Source of the DNA: an uncultured Bacteroidaceae bacterium
Lineage (GTDB): Bacteria; Bacteroidota; Bacteroidia; Bacteroidales; GCA-2748055
Assembly: GCA_964572225.1 (NCBI GenBank)
Contig: CAZNFR010000010.1
Location: 1 to 62,274, forward strand
Length of the DNA: 62,274 nucleotides
Direction: 5' to 3'
Shown: piece after piece, positions 30,802 to 39,711 of the stretch
How the letters are laid out: every line of letters starts with the position of its first letter
How positions within the stretch are numbered: position 1 is the first letter of the stretch
Position numbers and translations under genes: made by a program
The notes under the pieces: generated by a model
Databases searched by the model: none
What the model saw: only the letters and a program-made list of their open reading frames with translations
What the model was told of the DNA's origin: nothing

Positions 30802-31458
30802 TTATTTTAACATGGCTATAACATCCTGCTTGCCCTTGACTCTGTCTCCCTTTTTTACTACTGGTCTGTAGCTAAGGGGCATAAGAACATCTACCCTTGA
30901 ACCAAAACGGATAAATCCCATTTCCTGATTAAGGGTACATGAATTTCCGATCCGGGCATAATTGATGATCCTTCGGGCAACTGCACCGGCAATTTGTTTT
31001 ATTATAAGGTTTGTTCCGTTGTGAATTTCCAGAACTGTAACGTGCTGTTCATTTAGTTGTGAAGACTTTGGTACCCTGGCAACGAAATATTTACCTGGAA
31101 AATGCTTCGAGTGTAAAACCTTTCCTGACTGTGGATACCAGTTAATATGTACATCCCAGACAGACATGAATATGGATATCTGTAACATTCTTTGATTTAA
31201 AAAGCTTGTTTCATCAACTTCTTCAATCACAACTACTTTTCCATCGGCTGGGGAAATAATATCTGAAATTCGACCCGGAGATTTTCTTACCGGAACCCTA
31301 AAAAACCTGGCAAGAAAAATCAGGATCAGGGTTAAGAAGAGAGTGAGGATTATCAAGGTAAATAAAGAGCTCAAAAGGAATAATCCTCCCGTGATCAGAA
31401 TGGTGGAAAGGATTAAAAACCCATAAAATATTTTTTTGCCTTCCCTATGTATTTTCAT
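30802..31458 (-). CDS. psd: Phosphatidylserine decarboxylase proenzyme
   Basis: FFRxPxR, SPADGKV, SIFMSVWDVH, GFIRFGSRVD cleavage motif; start moved to 31458. Confidence 0.92.
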   Translation of the reverse strand: MKIHREGKKIFYGFLILSTILITGGLFLLSSLFTLIILTLFLTLILIFLARFFRVPVRKSPGRISDIISPADGKVVVIEEVDETSFLNQRMLQISIFMSVWDVHINWYPQSGKVLHSKHFPGKYFVARVPKSSQLNEQHVTVLEIHNGTNLIIKQIAGAVARRIINYARIGNSCTLNQEMGFIRFGSRVDVLMPLSYRPVVKKGDRVKGKQDVIAMLK

Positions 31459-31626
31459 CAATTGAATTTTATAAATGAATGGTAGATCTTGTTTCACACT
31501 TTTTCCGAAATAAATGATTTATGCAGGTTCCTTCTGGCATTTCTCTCTGAATCAACTTTTAAGAACGGAAGCTTTGCTTATGTTTGAGAATGGTATGGAC
31601 CTCCTCAAACTTCGCACGAAAATTTA

Positions 31627-32436
31627 TCAGTTTAGAATATACAAAAATACAAAGATGATCGGAGTGGCAAAGAAAAGAGAATCGAAACGATCCAGAATGC
31701 CCCCATGCCCCGGTATGAGGCTTCCTGAGTCTTTTACTCCGGCTATTCGTTTTAGAGCCGATTCGAACATATCACCCAGTGTTGCGCTCAGGATGATAAG
31801 AAATGAAAAGAAAAGCCAGGGAATCTCCTCATTAAGAAATGGTAAGTCTCTCAGAAGCCATACCAGAAATAGTGTGAGAATAATTCCTCCTCCAAAACCT
31901 TCCCAGCTCTTTGAAGGGGAGATGTGGGCTGCCATTTTTGTTCTGCCAGCCAGTTTTCCGCTTAAGTATGCAAGGCTGTCGTATGTCCAGATAATTGCAA
32001 ATATGGAACTCAGAATTACTGGATCATAGGAACCATAGTTCCAGGCAATAAATAATATCAGGACCAAAGGAAGAGCAATGTATACAACTCCGGTAAGGGT
32101 GGTTGCCAGAGTCTGAAGAAGGCTTCGGGGAGAATAGAATACAATTCCTATGGCAGCCAGCACAAAAATAAGCAAATTTAGGGTGAGGTATTTATAAGGG
32201 ATCACTCCGGCAATAACATAAAAATTGAAGATCAGAAAAGCCAGTGAAACCAGGATCCCTAAAAATTTTAAGGGATGGTATCCGGATTTATAGCAAAGAT
32301 TATAGAATTCATTTAGTCCCAGGACAAGAATTAACGAAAGGAGAAAAAGTAGAGAAAGGGGATGGACCCAGATGGCTCCTATCACGATACCAACAAAGGA
32401 AATTCCGCTGGCTGTTCTAATTAGCAGTTCTTTCAA
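31627..32436 (-). CDS. cdsA: Phosphatidate cytidylyltransferase
   Basis: ISPSKSWEG, GDMFESALKR, KDSGSLIPGHGGILDRFDS. Confidence 0.95.
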   Translation of the reverse strand: MKELLIRTASGISFVGIVIGAIWVHPLSLLFLLSLILVLGLNEFYNLCYKSGYHPLKFLGILVSLAFLIFNFYVIAGVIPYKYLTLNLLIFVLAAIGIVFYSPRSLLQTLATTLTGVVYIALPLVLILFIAWNYGSYDPVILSSIFAIIWTYDSLAYLSGKLAGRTKMAAHISPSKSWEGFGGGIILTLFLVWLLRDLPFLNEEIPWLFFSFLIILSATLGDMFESALKRIAGVKDSGSLIPGHGGILDRFDSLFFATPIIFVFLYILN

Positions 32437-32633
32437 AATTCCATTTTACTGATGAGGGATTTTGCCCTTATCACATCATCCCTGGTAACATAAAAATCAA
32501 TTTCCCCGAAATGATATAGAGAATCCCTCTTATTGATATAAAAAGCGGGTATCTCATTATCCCAAAGCATATTTTTGACAATCTCGGCAATGTGTATCTT
32601 CTCGGTGGAAAATACCAGAACCCTTTCTTCCAT
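32433..32633 (-). CDS. DUF2007-like small putative signal-transducing protein
   Basis: AEIVKxML..NEI....INKRDS.Y.FGEI.FYV pattern; between ftsH and cdsA. Confidence 0.7.
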   Translation of the reverse strand: MEERVLVFSTEKIHIAEIVKNMLWDNEIPAFYINKRDSLYHFGEIDFYVTRDDVIRAKSLISKMEF

Positions 32634-32641
32634 TTTAGAGG

Positions 32642-34702
32642 TTATGATTGATTTTCCCCCGGAGTTTCAATCCCCTTTTCAGGATTGGAAGGAGTTTCAT
32701 CTTTATTAACGCTACCTGCCGTCGCTGCTTTACTTCTGGTCCTCCGGTTTGTTTTGGTTTCCTGTTTTATTTCTTCCCGATTGCCTTTACGGGAGCCGAA
32801 AATTTTTTCAAGGTCCTCGCTGAAGATAACTTCTTTTTCAAGTAATTTTTCAGCAAGTTCGGTAAGCCCTTTTTTATTTTCAGATAGTATTTTCTTCGCT
32901 CTCTCGTATTGTTTCTGAACAATATCTTTTACTTCCTTGTCGATAAGCTCGGCTGTCTTTTCTGAGTAGGGCTTAGTAAAATTGTATTCAGATTGGCCTG
33001 TAGAATCATAAAAGCTCAGATTACCAATGGTATTGCTCATTCCGAAATAGCTGATCATCGCATAAGCCTGTTTGGTTACTCTTTCCAGATCATTGAGAGC
33101 GCCGGTTGAAATTTTACCGAAATTGATATCCTCCGATGCTCTTCCACCAAGAATTGCACACATCTCATCAAGCATTTGTTCGGTAGTGGTAATTTGTCTT
33201 TCTTCAGGGAGGTACCAGGCAGCTCCCAGAGCTCTCCCTCTGGGGATGATGGTCACCTTAACAAGTGGGTTGGCATGCGGTAATAACCAACTTATGGTGG
33301 CGTGGCCGGCCTCATGGTAAGCAATGGTCTTTTTTTCGTCAGCAGAGATGATCTTGTTTTTCTTTTCAAGTCCTCCAATGATCCGGTCAATGGCATCGAG
33401 GAAATCCTGCTTACCAATTTTTTTTTTGTTGCTTCTCGCTGCGATCAGGGCTGACTCATTACACACATTGGCAATATCAGCTCCCGAAAAACCTGGAGTT
33501 TGTTTGGAAAGAAATTCGACATCTATGCTTTTATCCACTTTCAGTGGCCTCATATGAACCTTGAAAATCTCTTTTCGCTCATTTAGGTCCGGAAGTTCAA
33601 CAGAGATTTGCCTGTCAAAACGACCAGCCCTGAGAAGTGCCCGGTCAAGAACATCGGCCCGGTTCGTAGCTGCAAGAATGATCACACCTGAATTGGTGCC
33701 AAACCCATCCATTTCGGTTAAGAGTTGATTCAGGGTATTCTCCCTTTCATCGTTTGCACCAAAATTTGCACTTCGACCCCTGGCACGACCCACCGCATCT
33801 ATCTCATCAATAAAGACGATACAGGGAGCTTTTTCTTTGGCCTGTTTAAAAAGGTCGCGAACCCTCGATGCACCGACTCCCACGAACATTTCAACAAAAT
33901 CGGAACCTGATATAGAGAAAAATGGCACATGCGCTTCTCCGGCAACAGCCTTTGCAAGCAGTGTTTTTCCCGTTCCCGGAGGCCCTACAAGAAGAGCGCC
34001 TTTGGGTATCTTTCCTCCTAGATCCGTATATTTTTTTGGGTTTTTAAGGAAATCCACAATTTCTTTTACCTCCAACTTGGCTTCTTCAAGACCTGCAACA
34101 TCCTTAAAATCAATTTTGACATTAGTGTTCTTGTCAAATATCTGAGCCTTTGATTTACCTACGTTGAAAATATTAGCCGCACCGCCACCGGCACCAGAAC
34201 TCATCCTTCTGAATATGAACAGCCAAATTACCACCAGCAATGCAATCGGAATGACCCAGGAAAGAAGTTCTCCCAGGTAATTGTTACGGGTTTCAGTTTT
34301 AAAGTCTGGATAATTTTCAGGCGGAACTTCATCCCTTAATTTGTTCAGGTCCTCTATAAACCGGTCCTGGGATAGTATGGTGAAATAGTAAGCCGGGGTT
34401 TGCTGTCCCAATCCAATACCCCGATTACCTGTGGGGGCTTCGCCTTCTTCATTTCCGGATTTGAGGTATACTTCCACCTTTTCCTTGTTCACCACAACCA
34501 GCTTGGTAACCTCCCCCTGTCTTATTTTCTCTTCAAGCTGATACCATGTAATCTCCTCGGCATTTTCTCCAAAATTGAGGAATTGTAAGCTGAGAAACGC
34601 AACAGCAATCAAAATATAAATCCAGTACCCCCCGAATTTTGGTTTTTGTGGTCCCTGCTGCTGATTATTATTGTTTTTTTTATCTTCTGGTTTTCCGTTC
34701 AT
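32642..34702 (-). CDS. ftsH: ATP-dependent zinc metalloprotease FtsH
   Basis: Two TMs, [26 protein letters not shown]. Confidence 0.98.
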   Translation of the reverse strand: MNGKPEDKKNNNNQQQGPQKPKFGGYWIYILIAVAFLSLQFLNFGENAEEITWYQLEEKIRQGEVTKLVVVNKEKVEVYLKSGNEEGEAPTGNRGIGLGQQTPAYYFTILSQDRFIEDLNKLRDEVPPENYPDFKTETRNNYLGELLSWVIPIALLVVIWLFIFRRMSSGAGGGAANIFNVGKSKAQIFDKNTNVKIDFKDVAGLEEAKLEVKEIVDFLKNPKKYTDLGGKIPKGALLVGPPGTGKTLLAKAVAGEAHVPFFSISGSDFVEMFVGVGASRVRDLFKQAKEKAPCIVFIDEIDAVGRARGRSANFGANDERENTLNQLLTEMDGFGTNSGVIILAATNRADVLDRALLRAGRFDRQISVELPDLNERKEIFKVHMRPLKVDKSIDVEFLSKQTPGFSGADIANVCNESALIAARSNKKKIGKQDFLDAIDRIIGGLEKKNKIISADEKKTIAYHEAGHATISWLLPHANPLVKVTIIPRGRALGAAWYLPEERQITTTEQMLDEMCAILGGRASEDINFGKISTGALNDLERVTKQAYAMISYFGMSNTIGNLSFYDSTGQSEYNFTKPYSEKTAELIDKEVKDIVQKQYERAKKILSENKKGLTELAEKLLEKEVIFSEDLEKIFGSRKGNREEIKQETKTNRRTRSKAATAGSVNKDETPSNPEKGIETPGENQS

Positions 34703-34707
34703 TTTGG

Positions 34708-35082
34708 TTATTGTTTATCCTCATACTTTGTAATTAATCCGTCGGACCACAGGTCCTCGATCCGGTAAAAATTCCTTGTTTCGGGAAGAAAAACATGAAC
34801 TACCAGGTATCCGTAATCCACTAATATCCACTGACTGTTTTTAACCCCTTCAACATGGTGAGCCGGAGTGTTCGAAACTTCACGAGTTTGTTTCTTAACT
34901 TCTTCTACAATGGCACTCACCTGTGTTGTTGAATCTCCGTGACAAATAACGAAATAATCACAAACCGAATTCTCTATCTGTTTGAGATTTATACTAACAA
35001 TTTCCTTGCCTTTTTTGTTTTTGATGGATTCAATAATAACGTCCAGAAGAGGATCTTCAAAAGATTCTTGTTTTTTTACCAT
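34708..35082 (-). CDS. rsfS: Ribosome silencing factor
   Basis: DYFVICHG.S..QV.AI, WILVDY...VVHVF, FYRIEDLW. Confidence 0.95.
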   Translation of the reverse strand: MVKKQESFEDPLLDVIIESIKNKKGKEIVSINLKQIENSVCDYFVICHGDSTTQVSAIVEEVKKQTREVSNTPAHHVEGVKNSQWILVDYGYLVVHVFLPETRNFYRIEDLWSDGLITKYEDKQ

Positions 35083-35103
35083 TCTCGATTAAATTCTCTT
35101 CTG

Positions 35104-35111
35104 CAAAGTTA
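35104..35111 (-). promoter_or_regulatory. sigma-A -7 element of rsfS-ftsH operon
   Basis: TAACTTTG on minus strand. Confidence 0.6.
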
Positions 35112-35310
35112 CGCAAAATAATAGGTATATTTGGCAGAAAGTTAGATTGTTGCATTTTTTTTAACGCCAGCTCGTAGCAACCTGCCTGATTTTTTAGGAT
35201 CATGGGATTTTGGTCGTGTTTAGTTTAGTTGATCGTAATTGTGAAACCCTGATCCTTAATGGAACTGACATTTTGACTTAATATCTGAGGTATACATAAT
35301 CTTTGGTTAA

Positions 35311-36048
35311 TTGAAAGAAAGATCCGTGCAATATCGATTTTTTCCAATTGTCGATTCCACCAACGATAAGATCCGGGAGTTGGTATTGAAGAAAGAAGTT
35401 CAACTCCCAGCTACGGTTAGGGCCGGATTTCAAACTCAGGGGAGGGGACAGGCCGAAAACCGCTGGATCAGCGATAAAGAATTAAACCTGCTTATCAGCT
35501 ATGGATTTCATCCGGAAGGACTGGAGGCCACAGAAAATTTCCGGGTCCTCGTGGTCATTTCTGTTGCCTTATCCAATCTTCTCTTTAAACTCGGACTTAA
35601 AGCTGAGATAAAATGGCCCAATGATATCATGGTTCGGGAAAAAAAAATATGCGGGGTCCTTATTGAAAACACCATTGCCGGGAAGTGGATGCAACTTGTT
35701 ATCGCAGGCATCGGACTCAATGTAAATCAGTCGAGCTTCCCTGATCTTCCTCTAAAAGCCACCAGCCTTATTAATGAAGGACTGGAAACGGATCCGGAAA
35801 TTCTGTGGAGAGACCTCGTGAATGAAATCGAGCTTCTTACTGCTACTATGACAACCGATGCCTATTTCAAAACCCATGAGATCTATTTAAGCAGGTTATA
35901 CCGATTGAATATTTTGTCCGAATATTCCGATTCAACCGGGATTTTCCTGGGTAAGATAAAGGGAATAAATGCCGAAGGAAAACTAATTATAACTAAAAAC
36001 GGGGGAGAAACATTAAAGTATGCATTTAAAGAAGTGGAATATCGTTAA
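35311..36048 (+). CDS. birA: Biotin--[acetyl-CoA-carboxylase] ligase (no HTH)
   Basis: DSTN, QTQGRGQ...W, KWPND, KICGVLIE, GIGLNVNQ; TTG start. Confidence 0.92.
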   Translation: MKERSVQYRFFPIVDSTNDKIRELVLKKEVQLPATVRAGFQTQGRGQAENRWISDKELNLLISYGFHPEGLEATENFRVLVVISVALSNLLFKLGLKAEIKWPNDIMVREKKICGVLIENTIAGKWMQLVIAGIGLNVNQSSFPDLPLKATSLINEGLETDPEILWRDLVNEIELLTATMTTDAYFKTHEIYLSRLYRLNILSEYSDSTGIFLGKIKGINAEGKLIITKNGGETLKYAFKEVEYR

Positions 36049-36453
36049 TTAAAATTCCATGGTCTCCACCCGGTCAATTAACATATCCACAAAGTTCTTG
36101 AGGGGTTTTTTGACCATGGTCATCATCATCATATTTACCTGAGGGTCAACCGTTATGCGAATCCTGGTATCGTTATCTTCAACCTGTTTTAATTGGATCC
36201 ACATTGTCATGGCTACCGGAGTCTGACCTTCAGAAGTGATTTTGATTAACTTCGGCTCCTCTTTTTCGATTATTCTTAATCCGGCCTGCCCAAGTCCATC
36301 AATACTGAAAGAACATGACTCTCCATCCGATTTCCAGTTTTTAACCGATTCGGAGGGAATAAGATGTTCGAAATTATTAAAATCAGATAAGAAATCGAAT
36401 ACCTTTTTATCTGAACTGTTTATTTTGCCTGTTCGGCTTTCAATTTTTGCCAT
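36049..36453 (-). CDS. SRPBCC/START-fold protein
   Basis: VFDFLSDFNNFEHLIP pattern; downstream of pyrE. Confidence 0.7.
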   Translation of the reverse strand: MAKIESRTGKINSSDKKVFDFLSDFNNFEHLIPSESVKNWKSDGESCSFSIDGLGQAGLRIIEKEEPKLIKITSEGQTPVAMTMWIQLKQVEDNDTRIRITVDPQVNMMMMTMVKKPLKNFVDMLIDRVETMEF

Positions 36454-36456
36454 AAA

Positions 36457-37092
36457 TTAATTTTCTTTTTTCCAATTACCAGGATCCTTTCTCCATTCCA
36501 AAAGGACAGCACTTTCCTTTTCAGTTATGTATCCTGATTCAAGCGCTTCATTCACAAGATCATGGTAGTTCCCAAGGGATATCAGCCGGCAATCCTCCCG
36601 CTTAAAATTTTCTTCAGCTACAGGGAATCCATAGGTAAAAATGGCAGTCATGCCCAAAACAACCGCCCCTTCATTTCTAAGTGCCCTGACTGCACTCAGG
36701 CTGCTGCCCCCGGTGGAAACCAGATCTTCTACTACAACAACCTTCCTGTCTGCCTCCAGATAACCTTCAATACGGTTTTGCAACCCATGCTCCTTGGAGG
36801 AAGAACGGATATAAATGAGGGGCAGATTTAACTGATCTGCTACAAGTGCACCCTGGGCAATAGCTCCGGTTGCAACTCCGGCAATCACCTCTGCATCAGG
36901 AAACTCAGCAAGGATGATCTCAGAGAATTGTTTTTTTATATAATCCCTGATCTCCGGAAATGAAAGGGTTCTCCTATTATCACAATAAATTGGGGATAAC
37001 CATCCGGATGCCCAGGGAAATGGGTTTGATGGTTGAAGTTTAATTGACTTACTTTGTAACAAATATCTGGAGATCTGTCGGGCAGTATCCAT
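36457..37092 (-). CDS. pyrE: Orotate phosphoribosyltransferase
   Basis: WASG..SPIYCDNR, VVVVEDLVSTGGS PRPP motif. Confidence 0.95.
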   Translation of the reverse strand: MDTARQISRYLLQSKSIKLQPSNPFPWASGWLSPIYCDNRRTLSFPEIRDYIKKQFSEIILAEFPDAEVIAGVATGAIAQGALVADQLNLPLIYIRSSSKEHGLQNRIEGYLEADRKVVVVEDLVSTGGSSLSAVRALRNEGAVVLGMTAIFTYGFPVAEENFKREDCRLISLGNYHDLVNEALESGYITEKESAVLLEWRKDPGNWKKEN

Positions 37093-37187
37093 TCAGTTGT
37101 GATTAATTAATACTATAATTTGTAACCTGCCTTTCCCTGGGTAATCAGATAGGTTTTTACATAAAGAGCTAAAAAAAAACTCAACAA

Positions 37188-37802
37188 ATGTATAAAGTTT
37201 TTTTTAAGGACAGAATTGTTTTCTTTTCGGATTCCGACAGAAATTCTCCCAAAGATGATGGAAAAATTTGGGTTTGTAACTCTCAGGAGCGGGTAAAGGA
37301 AGCTCTGGATGCATTTCTGGCCGATTCAGACATTCGGGAATTACACTATGTAAGCCCTGATATAAGCAGCCTTAAAACGAGATTTCAGGAATTAACTTTA
37401 CCAATAACTGCAGCAGGGGGTATCATTTTAAATGAAAAGGAAGAAATCCTTTTTATCAGACGAAACGAATTATGGGACCTGCCAAAAGGGAAACTTGACC
37501 AGGGTGAATCTCCTGAGGACTGTGCTTATCGTGAAGTAAAGGAAGAAACCGGAATAAAGTCATTAAATGTATTGTATCCAGGTGAAATCACTTATCATAT
37601 TTATCTTTTAAACGGAAAGCTTATTCTTAAAGATACTCACTGGTTCATAATGCAAGCCCCAGATAATCAGAATTTTACTCCACAATTTAAGGAAAACATT
37701 ACCCGGGTCGAGTGGATGGACAGAAATGCCTATGAAAAAGTCCGCAATGAAACCTTTCCATTGATCTGGGATCTGGTAAATAATTTCAAACTTCACCCAT
37801 AG
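37188..37802 (+). CDS. NUDIX hydrolase
   Basis: WDLPKGK...GE....CAYREVKEETG Nudix box. Confidence 0.92.
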   Translation: MYKVFFKDRIVFFSDSDRNSPKDDGKIWVCNSQERVKEALDAFLADSDIRELHYVSPDISSLKTRFQELTLPITAAGGIILNEKEEILFIRRNELWDLPKGKLDQGESPEDCAYREVKEETGIKSLNVLYPGEITYHIYLLNGKLILKDTHWFIMQAPDNQNFTPQFKENITRVEWMDRNAYEKVRNETFPLIWDLVNNFKLHP

Positions 37803-39189
37803 ACCTGAGGATTAGGAAAAGCATTTTCTCTATGTCTGCGGAAGGGGAGGGAGCAGGATTACGAATGATTCTCCCATCCCGATCTAAAATTAAGAAAACA
37901 GGATAATCTTTTATTAAGTATTCTTTGTGTAAATTTTCTGCAACCTCCATGGGTATCAGGTGCCATTCAAACCCATTTTCTTCTGCCATTTTCCCTATGG
38001 CCTGTCTGTCTCCACCATCTATGAAACTTATGATCTTGAGGAATTTTTGGTGCTTTTCATGAAGATACGCCAGATATTTTAATTCGCGCAAACAATTTAG
38101 GCTATTCATGGAACAGAATGAGATATAGACAAGGGGAGTATCCTCCGATCGAGGTGTAATCCTGTTCCCTTTCTGGTCTTCAAGGCTAAACCAGGGAGCC
38201 ATCCTACCAGGTTCCATTTTAAATAGCCTTTCATCTAACTCCTTTACAATTGCACTAACCATAGGGTATGTGGCATTTTCTTCAAGCATGGATAATTTCC
38301 GGATCAACAATTCCCTGCTAATCCTCCCCGCAAAATAGCCCAGATAAGCCTCCCTTAGATAGACCATCTCAAACAGGGTGTCATTGCTTAGTACCGGGTC
38401 AGATTTAACCCATTTCCTGAATTGTGGTGGGTCCATTCGGGTGAATTCAGGATAGATATTGGAAAAATACTCTTTTTTTCTCAGATGGTCGAAATACCTG
38501 TCGAGTAACAATCTGAAGACTTCCCTGTAGGCAGGATTATGGAAATTAACCGTTTGCTCAACTATATACCGGTGGATCAGAGTATCCAGGTTATGATCAC
38601 TCAGGATAAATTCCAATACTCCGATTTTATTATAGATCCATTGTTGATAGTAGTCCTCCTGATCTGGCAGGATATTTTCAATCGCATTTACTTTCATAAA
38701 GGAATCCAATTTGATCCTGCCCAAATCATGGTCATAAAACCTTACTACCTGCATTGCATGGAAGGGGTCAAAAACTTCATTAAACTCAAGGATCTTGTCG
38801 TTAAGGAGAGAATTATCAGGGCAATCAGGGCAGATGCACCTTGTCTGAACAGGCCCCAGGGATTCCATCGTATTAACCTCAAGTTCACCTCCTGGAATGC
38901 GGACAATGTTTTCTTTCCCGGGTTCAGGAAAGAAGTAATATAGCCTTTGGTCAAATGATAAGTAAAGAGGATCCTGATTTTTAATTCCAAGATCTATGGA
39001 AAAATAGCCGCTGCTGTCAGTCTTAATCGTATCCAGGTTTTTTTTGACATCAAAGAAAGGGTCGACAAACCGGAATACCTCTATTATTTGGTTGCTTTGA
39101 CCGTTAATTTGGCCGCTTATCCTTGTGTTTTGACCCTGAAGGACTGTAGACAGGAACCAAAACAGGAAAAGAAACAGGATACGTATCAT
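37786..39189 (-). CDS. Exported protein with C-terminal thioredoxin/TlpA-like (redoxin) domain
   Basis: Signal peptide; G..AP.FSL.D..G..I, VYISF, YP.F.ILD.DG.I; active site SxxC rather than CxxC. Confidence 0.7.
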   Translation of the reverse strand: MIRILFLFLFWFLSTVLQGQNTRISGQINGQSNQIIEVFRFVDPFFDVKKNLDTIKTDSSGYFSIDLGIKNQDPLYLSFDQRLYYFFPEPGKENIVRIPGGELEVNTMESLGPVQTRCICPDCPDNSLLNDKILEFNEVFDPFHAMQVVRFYDHDLGRIKLDSFMKVNAIENILPDQEDYYQQWIYNKIGVLEFILSDHNLDTLIHRYIVEQTVNFHNPAYREVFRLLLDRYFDHLRKKEYFSNIYPEFTRMDPPQFRKWVKSDPVLSNDTLFEMVYLREAYLGYFAGRISRELLIRKLSMLEENATYPMVSAIVKELDERLFKMEPGRMAPWFSLEDQKGNRITPRSEDTPLVYISFCSMNSLNCLRELKYLAYLHEKHQKFLKIISFIDGGDRQAIGKMAEENGFEWHLIPMEVAENLHKEYLIKDYPVFLILDRDGRIIRNPAPSPSADIEKMLFLILRSMGEV

Positions 39190-39191
39190 TG

Positions 39192-39662
39192 TTAAAGGTA
39201 TTTTTTAATATCTATGCCCGGAGGAAGAAATTTGTCAGCATTACCGTTGTGCAAGAGAATATCCCTGACGATGGTTGAGTTGACCGGTGTGTATTCAGGG
39301 GCCGTAAGCAGGAATATGGATTCAAGTTCAGGTCTCATGGCTTTGTTAACCTGACCGATCGCCCGTTCATATTCAAAATCTGCCGAGGTTCTTAACCCCC
39401 GAAGCAGATATTTGCCATTTACCCTGGCACAAAAATCCACAGTAAGTCCTTCGTAATGTTCTACCTTAATTTTGGAATTTCCCTGGAAAACGTCCCTGAT
39501 CAGGCGCTTGCGGTTTTCAAGGCTGAGATAGGTTTTTTTCGAGGAATTGTATCCGATTGCAATAATTATTTTATCAAAAAGCGGAAGGGCCCTGTTGACC
39601 ACAGAATAATGTCCGATGGTGAAAGGGTCAAATGAACCGGGAAATACTGCAATCTTATCCAT
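39192..39662 (-). CDS. coaD: Phosphopantetheine adenylyltransferase
   Basis: FPGSFDPFTIGH, LRGLR...DFEYE; start moved to 39662. Confidence 0.96.
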   Translation of the reverse strand: MDKIAVFPGSFDPFTIGHYSVVNRALPLFDKIIIAIGYNSSKKTYLSLENRKRLIRDVFQGNSKIKVEHYEGLTVDFCARVNGKYLLRGLRTSADFEYERAIGQVNKAMRPELESIFLLTAPEYTPVNSTIVRDILLHNGNADKFLPPGIDIKKYL

Positions 39663-39711
39663 TCCATTAGATTTTGTTCGGGGGTAAAGGTAAGCAGCCC
39701 TCAACGTTTTA

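Noticed and set aside
31514-32029. 171-aa plus-strand ORF and the many other short antisense ORFs in the track
   Set aside because: Shadow frames of well-supported genes (here cdsA) without recognisable motifs
36115-36133. (CAT)n run as a phase-variable microsatellite
   Set aside because: Only four units, in frame, encoding a Met-rich helix of the SRPBCC protein
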